A stretch of 64,000 bases of DNA, taken from positions 1 to 64,000 of IMG/VR virus record IMGVR_UViG_3300042484_002457; one strand, written 5' to 3'. Positions 57,678-64,000 of this stretch are shown piece after piece (position 1 is the stretch's first letter; every line of letters starts with the position of its first letter). Below the pieces are notes generated by a model that saw nothing but the letters and a program-made list of their open reading frames with translations, searched no databases and was not told the origin of the DNA. The position numbers and the translations under genes were made by a program.

Positions 57678-57940
57678 TGTACATTGAGTTCAGTCTGGTT
57701 GGGTGGTCAATTCGAGCAAGCTACGAGATTGACCACGCTCTACAGGAGTGGAGCAACAAATACAATATCCCTTATAACGTAAAAAACGTCAAGGAGTTCA
57801 AACGCACAACGTTTGATCAGGACGAGTATTATTCATTGTTTGCTATGACATGGAATCCTGATCAAAAACATCCTGCTTTGGGCAGGTGGCGCATTGTGTC
57901 TGACCTAAATAACAAAATAGAATTCAGTTCTAGTGTATAA
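57677..57940 (+). CDS. Hypothetical protein
   Basis: 87 aa, coupled to rpsU. Confidence 0.6.
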   Translation: MYIEFSLVGWSIRASYEIDHALQEWSNKYNIPYNVKNVKEFKRTTFDQDEYYSLFAMTWNPDQKHPALGRWRIVSDLNNKIEFSSSV

Positions 57941-58010
57941 TAAATACTCTTGTAAAGTGCTGATAAGCAGGCTTTACAAAGTCATAAATCGCTTAATAAA
58001 GGAGAATAAC

Positions 58011-58463
58011 ATGACAAAAACTTTAACTCTTCGTTCTTTCGACATTCCCGCAATCACCAAATTTGGTATCGGCTTTGATAACATGTTTGATGAACTCATG
58101 CGGGTAAGCGCCCAACAAGGCTCAACAAATTATCCACCCTACAACATTGTACAAATCAACGAAGATGAGTACATGATTAGTCTTGCTGTGGCTGGTTTTG
58201 GGCTTGATAATCTCTCAGTTACCAAGGACAAAAATTTCTTGATCATTGAAGGCAAAGAATATCAGTCTGACAGCGAAAAGATTGTGCCAAACTACCTGCA
58301 CAAAGGTATTAGCAATAGAGATTTCCGTCGTGAATTCCAACTTGCAGATCATGTGGAAATCAACAATGCGCACCTTGAACTTGGTATCTTGAATGTGCGT
58401 TTAAAGCGCGAAGTTCCTGAGGAAGCCAGGCCTAAAACTATTGCTATCACTTACAAAACTTGA
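58011..58463 (+). CDS. Small heat-shock protein (Hsp20/IbpA-like)
   Basis: IGFD, NYPPYNI, LAVAGF, YLHKGIS.R.F.R.F.LA, GIL. Confidence 0.93.
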   Translation: MTKTLTLRSFDIPAITKFGIGFDNMFDELMRVSAQQGSTNYPPYNIVQINEDEYMISLAVAGFGLDNLSVTKDKNFLIIEGKEYQSDSEKIVPNYLHKGISNRDFRREFQLADHVEINNAHLELGILNVRLKREVPEEARPKTIAITYKT

Positions 58464-58519
58464 TATAATAGTGTAAATACAGTGGCGGCGCAGTGCTGCC
58501 ACTGGCAACAAGGAACAAA

Positions 58520-58834
58520 ATGTCACAATCAGAAACACGTACAAAAATCAAACCCTTGGAATCTATCATTGAGCCTCCAATGTTTCGAGTAATTTATCTT
58601 AACGATAATACCACTACCTATGACTTTGTTGTTGAAACCTTGGTTGACTATTTTAACTACACTGAAGAAACTGCTGATCAGATCACTGTGGATATTCATG
58701 AATCAGGATCGGCTATTGTGGCTGTGCTGCCCTATGAAATTGCCGAACAAAAAGGCGTTGAAGTCACAATGTTGGCTCGTGCACAAAGCTATCCTTTGCA
58801 GATCAAGCTTGAGCCTGAATCAGTAACTCAGTAA
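58520..58834 (+). CDS. clpS: ClpS adaptor protein
   Basis: PPMFRVIYLNDNTT..DFVV, IH..G.A.V, EIAEQK, YPL. Confidence 0.9.
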   Translation: MSQSETRTKIKPLESIIEPPMFRVIYLNDNTTTYDFVVETLVDYFNYTEETADQITVDIHESGSAIVAVLPYEIAEQKGVEVTMLARAQSYPLQIKLEPESVTQ

Positions 58835-59616
58835 TCAATTACAATTCTTTGCGGGTAATACACATATTTTGAATACTGTGTATTGGCCCTGCCCCGACAG
58901 TTGTTGACAAATCGTATACCCGAGCGCACCTGATCTACACTGCCGTGATAGTGTCCAAAGCACCAGGTATGGATTTTGTTTTCAGTGTCAGCAGCGGCAG
59001 CCTGCATCATGTAACGATTGCCCATGACATTGAATCTCATGCTACCTTCAAGGTCAATATCATGCATGATCAAGGCAGGATCTGGCACAGTGTGAGTTAC
59101 CATCACAATCTTTTTGACATCTTGATGTGTTTGTAAACGTTTCACACTGTTGATCATGTACTGTGCGTCAGTAACTGCCATTTTACTAATGCTTTTTGCA
59201 GCCTGCGGGGAAATCATGTATTTTTCTTGTGCCCACATGCTGACTTGGTCCGGACTGATTGAAAAATCAAAATCGTATCCCCACCAGCCGTTGGTGCCAA
59301 GTATGGCAACACCATCTACTACAACCACGTTGTCTTGTAGATACACAACATTGGGGATTTTTTCAATTTGTTTGGCCAAAGGCACATAACTGGCGCTTAG
59401 GTTTTCAATGTAGTCAATATGCTCGTCATTGCCGTCAACATAGAACACTGCCTGATACACATTGCCCAGGTGTCGTAGTGTTTTTAGCAACAACTGACGA
59501 TCACGGGCAACATCACCAGCCACAACACAAATAGTGCTGGTGGGTTGGTGGTCCCAATTAAAATTGCCCCAGGTATCAACGTGCAAATCAGAAATTAAAT
59601 CAAATGCGAATCTCAT
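58828..59616 (-). CDS. Calcineurin-like metallophosphoesterase
   Basis: SDLH, AGD, GNDE, VTHTVP, FGHYH. Confidence 0.88.
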   Translation of the reverse strand: MRFAFDLISDLHVDTWGNFNWDHQPTSTICVVAGDVARDRQLLLKTLRHLGNVYQAVFYVDGNDEHIDYIENLSASYVPLAKQIEKIPNVVYLQDNVVVVDGVAILGTNGWWGYDFDFSISPDQVSMWAQEKYMISPQAAKSISKMAVTDAQYMINSVKRLQTHQDVKKIVMVTHTVPDPALIMHDIDLEGSMRFNVMGNRYMMQAAAADTENKIHTWCFGHYHGSVDQVRSGIRFVNNCRGRANTQYSKYVYYPQRIVIDY

Positions 59617-59642
59617 GATACATATTTAAAAGGAAATACACT

Positions 59643-59996
59643 ATGAACATTATATTTGGCGATGCAGTAAAAGAGATACCCGATAGCTACACAATTCTAG
59701 AACTTGACACATTTCGACTACCAAATGCTCCGGATCCTGTGCCGTTTTATTGCTTGATTGAAAAGATTCCCATGGGAGACTTTGCAACCCTGGAGCACTG
59801 GAAAAAGATACATGCTGATTTGATCACACTGTATCGACAACAGCAGTGGAACTATTGCGAAAAAGCCCTGGAAAGCTTGTTGGGCAAATGGAACGGAGAA
59901 GTTGACACATTCTATCAAAGCTTGCTAGAGCGCATCAAAGACCACAAAGAAAACCCACCGCCCAAGGGCTGGGACGGCATACTAGACAAAAAATAA
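59643..59996 (+). CDS. Stand-alone domain resembling the C-terminal tail of CHASE2 class III adenylate cyclases
   Basis: LELD..., Y..QQW..C...L...W.G....FY....ER......PP..WDG; no cyclase catalytic core. Confidence 0.5.
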   Translation: MNIIFGDAVKEIPDSYTILELDTFRLPNAPDPVPFYCLIEKIPMGDFATLEHWKKIHADLITLYRQQQWNYCEKALESLLGKWNGEVDTFYQSLLERIKDHKENPPPKGWDGILDKK

Positions 59997-60017
59997 AGCA
60001 CTGTTTTATAAAATTAC

Positions 60018-60047
60018 AAACCCCGCGTAAATACTATGCGGGGTTTT
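60018..60047 (+). terminator. Terminator-like hairpin with an embedded TAAATA late promoter
   Basis: AAACCCCGCGTA-aatac-TATGCGGGGTTTT; TAAATA 60028-60033. Confidence 0.75.
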
Positions 60048-60049
60048 CC

Positions 60050-60487
60050 ATGAAAAACATAATAATAATAGCCTTGCTTGCTGTTTCAACACGGGCCGGA
60101 GCCACGGAGCTAGTACATCAATTCAATTCGCCTGCCTTTTCAGGAATGGGCTACAGTAGTCACGTGCTTACAATTGAGCAACTGGAAGCTACCCGTCGTC
60201 AAAAACTACGAGAAGAAGAAGCCAGCAGGCTGGCCCGGGCCGAGCTTGCGGCCAAACAAACCAACATAGCTAAATTCCTAGTCAACGTAGAAAGTCGCAT
60301 CTATGCTCAGTTGAGCAAGCAGTTGGCAGACTCGTTATTCAGCGGTGGCGGCACCACTGGCAGTTTGGATTTTCAAGGCACCAACATCAGCTGGGTCAAG
60401 ACTTCTACTGATGTCACCATGACCATTCTAGAAAGCAATGGTAATCGCACAGAGATCACTGTGCCACTAGCGAGTTTTGCATTTTGA
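60050..60487 (+). CDS. csgF: Curli assembly protein CsgF-like
   Basis: Signal peptide, then ELVHQFNSPAFSG (compare CsgF FQFRNPNFGG); adjacent to csgG. Confidence 0.75.
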   Translation: MKNIIIIALLAVSTRAGATELVHQFNSPAFSGMGYSSHVLTIEQLEATRRQKLREEEASRLARAELAAKQTNIAKFLVNVESRIYAQLSKQLADSLFSGGGTTGSLDFQGTNISWVKTSTDVTMTILESNGNRTEITVPLASFAF

Positions 60488-61311
60488 TGAAAGCACTATT
60501 TTTATCATTGTTGTTGGCCTTGACTGGGTGTGCCAGTCTGGACCAAACTCAGTTTGATTCGCAGCCACCTCAGTTGGTGCCGCGACAAAACTTGTTGGCC
60601 ATGTTACCCGAACTGGATGGTCCACGAATACCTATTGCTGTATATGGTTTCACAGACAAGACTGGTCAGAAAAAAAGCAGTGAGAAGTTGGCGCTGTTTT
60701 CTACAGCAGTAACACAAGGTGCCGAAGTGTTCTTGATCAAGGCCTTACAAGATACTCCCAACTGGTTCACAGTGGTAGAACGTGTGAGTCTAGACAATCT
60801 GATCAAAGAGCGCCAGCTGATTAGAAATCAGCGCGAAGTATACGAAGGCAAAGAAGCCAAGCCGCTCAAGCCATTGCTGGTAGCCGGCCTTATGATTGAA
60901 GGTGGCATCATAGGTTATGACACCAACATCACGTCAGGCGGCAGTGGTGCTAGAATACTAGGCATTGGGGCCAGTACACAATATCGTGTGGATGAAATTG
61001 TTATTTCCATGCGAGTAGTTTCAGTTAACACTGGGGAAGTGTTGCTGAATACGGCTGTGAGTAAAACTGTTTTTAGCACAGCTCACAACCAAGGAGTTCT
61101 CAAATTTGTCGATGTTGGCACAATCAGCATTGAACTTGAGAATGGGGCTGCTATCAACGAGCCTACAACATACGCAGTTCGAATAGCCATTGAACAAGCG
61201 GTGTATGAAATGATCCAAGAAGGGGCAAAACGAAAACTTTGGTCATACAAAAAGGGTACACCCCCAAGGAGTGGCGTAGAGGATAGTAACTCACCCACAA
61301 AACAAAAATGA
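60487..61311 (+). CDS. csgG: Curli secretion channel CsgG lipoprotein
   Basis: Lipobox LTGC; AVYGF.DKTGQ.K, FSTAVTQGA, WF.VVER..LDNL.KERQLIR, EGGIIGYD.N..SGG.GAR.LGIG, NEP. Confidence 0.92.
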   Translation: MKALFLSLLLALTGCASLDQTQFDSQPPQLVPRQNLLAMLPELDGPRIPIAVYGFTDKTGQKKSSEKLALFSTAVTQGAEVFLIKALQDTPNWFTVVERVSLDNLIKERQLIRNQREVYEGKEAKPLKPLLVAGLMIEGGIIGYDTNITSGGSGARILGIGASTQYRVDEIVISMRVVSVNTGEVLLNTAVSKTVFSTAHNQGVLKFVDVGTISIELENGAAINEPTTYAVRIAIEQAVYEMIQEGAKRKLWSYKKGTPPRSGVEDSNSPTKQK

Positions 61312-61934
61312 AAATAACAAGATCTCTCAAAGGGACAATATTTGCATTGGGCATGATGGCGTTATCGCATGCACAGGCTGCAAATGAAATTTATATAGAG
61401 CAAGTTGGCGATAATGCCACTGTTACGTTGAAACAAGCTGGCAACAACAACACTATTGGTGATGCCCTGGCGCCAGCCTTTATTGGCGGTGGACAGAACA
61501 CAGTATACATTGAACAATCAGGCAGTGGCAATCAGCTGGCTATGTTGGTCAACGGTGCTGGCACCAATGTCACTTCCATAGTCACAGGCGACAGCAACCA
61601 ACAGACCATCACATGCGGAACCAGCATCAGCGCCAGCTGTAGCGGATCTGCAATCACGCATACCATAACAGGTGACAACAACGATGTGCAAAGTTTGCTG
61701 GGCACCACCGGAGGAGCACACACCAGCAATATCACAGTGCTAGGGGATTACAACCATGTCACACACAACAGTTCAGGATCAGGCGCCAACTCCGCCACAA
61801 TCAATGTTAGTGGGTCAGGTTCTGGTGCAACTCCCAACGCAATTACTGTGTCTCAAAGCGGTATGAATACTCAGAGTGCCACTGTCAATGCTTCAGGCAA
61901 TAACCTTAACATTAGCATTATTCAGTCTGACTAA
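61308..61934 (+). CDS. Curlin-repeat (CsgA/CsgB-like) secreted protein
   Basis: Signal peptide; repeats IEQVGDN, LKQAGNNN, IEQSGSGN, TGDSN, TGDNN, LGDYN. Confidence 0.72.
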   Translation: MKITRSLKGTIFALGMMALSHAQAANEIYIEQVGDNATVTLKQAGNNNTIGDALAPAFIGGGQNTVYIEQSGSGNQLAMLVNGAGTNVTSIVTGDSNQQTITCGTSISASCSGSAITHTITGDNNDVQSLLGTTGGAHTSNITVLGDYNHVTHNSSGSGANSATINVSGSGSGATPNAITVSQSGMNTQSATVNASGNNLNISIIQSD

Positions 61935-62964
61935 TGCCTGGGCCGGCGTAGGCAAGGTCACAGAAATGTCGGGGCCGACAGAAATAATACGGGCTCAAAA
62001 AAGCATATCCAGTGCTGTGAATACTGCGGTGGAAATGAATGACACCATTGTCACGGCTCGATCCCGAGCTGAACTGACTTTTGAAGATGCCACCAAAGTA
62101 AAAATTACCGAGCAGTCAAAGCTGATAATTGATGACTTCGTATACGACCCCAAGCAAGGAACAGGCAAGTTGGCCATGAAAGTGGCCTTGGGCACAGCTA
62201 GATATGCATCGGGCCAAATAGCCAAAAATAATCCTCAACAGGTATCAGTCAAAACCCCTACAGCGTCAATTACTGTCAGGGGCACAGACTTTTCAATGAC
62301 AGTGGACGAGTTAGGTCGTAGCCTTGTTATGCTACTGCCCAGCTGCGATGACAAAACGTGTGTGACTGGGGCTATTGAAGTCAGTAACGAGGCTGGCAGC
62401 ATTTTGATGACCCAGGCCTATCAAGCCACCTTGGTTTCATCAGCAGACACTCTGCCTACAAGACCAGTTGTGTTAACCATTGATCAAGCCAACATCAACA
62501 ACATGTTGATCATTAGCCGACCTCGGGAAATCAGCGAAGACAACCGAGACAACAAACGCGATGTTCGAACAGCCTTGGACGTGAATTTTCTTGATCAAGA
62601 CTTTTTAAAACCTGCAGACTTGGACAATCAGCTGGATGCGTTTAATCAACTGGATCGCAATGAACTAGAAGATGACCTGTTGCCCAACGCATTGGATGCT
62701 GTAAATGCTGCTTTGTCAGCCACGCAAGAAGCCATGTCAACTACACTCAGCATGCTACCGGGCTATGACGCAGGCTCAGGGTTGAAATGGCGCACAACCG
62801 ATTCAGAACAGCTGGTTTTGACTAGATACAGCACTCATATTTTTGAACTAACTGTGCCCCGAGAACAAGGGGCAATCTTGGATCTACAACAGGACGGTAT
62901 TCCTGTGTATCAAAAAATCAACACAGGTGGAACCACCACCATCACAGTTATCCAGAGTCAATAA
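61888..62964 (+). CDS. Secreted FecR-domain protein
   Basis: Signal peptide MLQAITLTLALFSLTNAWA; D.I.T...AELTFED.T.V.ITE.S.L.ID.FVYD, TPTASI.VRGTDF. Confidence 0.82.
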   Translation: MLQAITLTLALFSLTNAWAGVGKVTEMSGPTEIIRAQKSISSAVNTAVEMNDTIVTARSRAELTFEDATKVKITEQSKLIIDDFVYDPKQGTGKLAMKVALGTARYASGQIAKNNPQQVSVKTPTASITVRGTDFSMTVDELGRSLVMLLPSCDDKTCVTGAIEVSNEAGSILMTQAYQATLVSSADTLPTRPVVLTIDQANINNMLIISRPREISEDNRDNKRDVRTALDVNFLDQDFLKPADLDNQLDAFNQLDRNELEDDLLPNALDAVNAALSATQEAMSTTLSMLPGYDAGSGLKWRTTDSEQLVLTRYSTHIFELTVPREQGAILDLQQDGIPVYQKINTGGTTTITVIQSQ

Positions 62965-62991
62965 ATACTATTATAAAAACAAGGAGCCATT

Positions 62992-63273
62992 GTGGGTGAA
63001 TTTTTTAAATTGGTAGCCGAAGTAGGCTTCCCGATAGCAGCAGCTATAGGTGCAGGATATTTTGTATTCTTGACATTGAAATTTATTTTGGCTGGCGTAA
63101 CCAGCAGCGTAAATGGTATCAAAGGCATCATTGGAGCACTGGACAATCGAGTCAAAACCATGAATCACGACGTGATACGCATTGACACTATTGTGAGCAA
63201 TGCTCTTGGACTTAGGCCTGATGTGGACCGTATTGCACGAGCAGATGGCAAGAACGATGCTCGGAGAGACTGA
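62992..63273 (+). CDS. Single-TM coiled-coil protein (holin-like), paralog 1
   Basis: AAGGAG SD; GFPIAAA.G.GYFVF; LDNRVKTMNHDVIRID. Confidence 0.65.
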   Translation: MGEFFKLVAEVGFPIAAAIGAGYFVFLTLKFILAGVTSSVNGIKGIIGALDNRVKTMNHDVIRIDTIVSNALGLRPDVDRIARADGKNDARRD

Positions 63274-63455
63274 TGTTGTACTTTGATTATCATTGGGACC
63301 TAGACAAAGATGTTATGATTCCGGATCCTGAGTTGAATACTGACCAATTAGATTGGAAACCCGGGGACTTGTTTCAGGTTCAAGAATTCAATGGGAAGAA
63401 ATTTCTTTGCAGAGTTGACCCTTTGGTTAAATTTATACGAGATGGGGTAAAATAA
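63273..63455 (+). CDS. Small hypothetical protein
   Basis: 60 aa; L.WKPGDLF.V. Confidence 0.55.
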   Translation: MLYFDYHWDLDKDVMIPDPELNTDQLDWKPGDLFQVQEFNGKKFLCRVDPLVKFIRDGVK

Positions 63456-63778
63456 TGGACATAGCTGAACTCATAAACAAATATGGTTTCCCAATCGTGG
63501 CAGCTGGTGGCACCGGGTATATGATATACTATGTGTGGGAGTGGGCCACAAAAGAAATCAAGCCTGTGCTGAGCGAAGCCAACACTACTCTGATTGCCTT
63601 GATTGATCGCATTCGTATGCTGGACAATGACTTGATACGTTTGAATCAAAAAGTCAACACTGTGCTTCATTTGCGTGGCAAAATCATTGAAAGCGAACGT
63701 GTACTAGAAGCTCAAAAAGTAGACAATGAAGCTGAAAAGAAGTTTGAAGCTGCGGTCAAGACTGACACACAGAAATAA
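63455..63778 (+). CDS. Single-TM coiled-coil protein (holin-like), paralog 2
   Basis: GFPIVAAGG.GY.IYYVW; LIDRIRMLDNDLIRL. Confidence 0.65.
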   Translation: MDIAELINKYGFPIVAAGGTGYMIYYVWEWATKEIKPVLSEANTTLIALIDRIRMLDNDLIRLNQKVNTVLHLRGKIIESERVLEAQKVDNEAEKKFEAAVKTDTQK

Positions 63779-63781
63779 TCA

Positions 63782-64000
63782 ATGCTAGAAATCATCCTAA
63801 CTTTGGTAATGACCCACATTACCATTATATGTGTTACTCTGTATCTACATCGCGGACAAGCACATCGTGGCATTGAATTTGATCCTGTACTAGAGCATTT
63901 TATGCGTGCTTGGCTGTGGCTCACAACAGGCATGGTAACCAAACAGTGGGTGGCCATACATCGCAAACATCATAGATACTGTGAGCAATCCAACGATCCG
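63782..64000 (+). CDS. Fatty-acid (delta-9, DesA-like) desaturase, 3' end outside the window
   Basis: MLEIILTLVMTHITIICVTLYLHRGQAH...WLWLTTGMVTKQWVAIHRKHH...DP; His boxes HxxxxH and HxxHH. Confidence 0.88.
   Translation, partial: MLEIILTLVMTHITIICVTLYLHRGQAHRGIEFDPVLEHFMRAWLWLTTGMVTKQWVAIHRKHHRYCEQSNDP

Noticed and set aside
1-64000. Numerous 60-200 aa ORFs overlapping recognised genes on the opposite strand or in another frame (e.g. 18-509, 2520-2993, 16715-17302, 34074-34493)
   Set aside because: Shadow ORFs of well-supported genes, with no RBS or motifs.

Overview
This 64-kb window is part of a large T4-like (myovirus-type) dsDNA phage genome, probably infecting a Gram-negative proteobacterium (inferred from IscU, ClpX, CsgG and the desaturase). 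It runs from the 3' part of the terminase large subunit through gp32, UvsX, UvsY, a glycosylation island, an early-gene island, UvsW, a miniature DnaE-like protein, primase, helicase, putative virion proteins, IscU/IscA, dCMP deaminase, NrdA/NrdB/glutaredoxin, PAAR and DNA ligase. It continues through a ClpX-bS21-Hsp20-ClpS cluster, a CsgF-CsgG-curlin-FecR operon and a truncated fatty-acid desaturase. Two promoter classes are visible: sigma70-like TTGAC-N17-TATAAT and a T4-late-like TAAATA. The strongest unexplained signal is a ~65-70 nt two-hairpin element with compensatory base changes, sitting between a TAAATA promoter and the start codon of three antisense-inserted endonuclease genes of different families (one HNH, two GIY-YIG). 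Other notable signals: (i) an 829-aa protein with modules separated by QG[VM]AE motifs, two encoded by an identical 18-nt repeat; (ii) a ~180-nt pseudoknotted candidate ncRNA at 54358-54540; (iii) apparently leaderless late mRNAs; (iv) a 189-aa C-family polymerase core; (v) a curli-like operon whose late promoter lies inside a terminator hairpin. No tRNA, rRNA, CRISPR array, intron or intein was recognised. All calls come from motif reading by eye; no database search was run.
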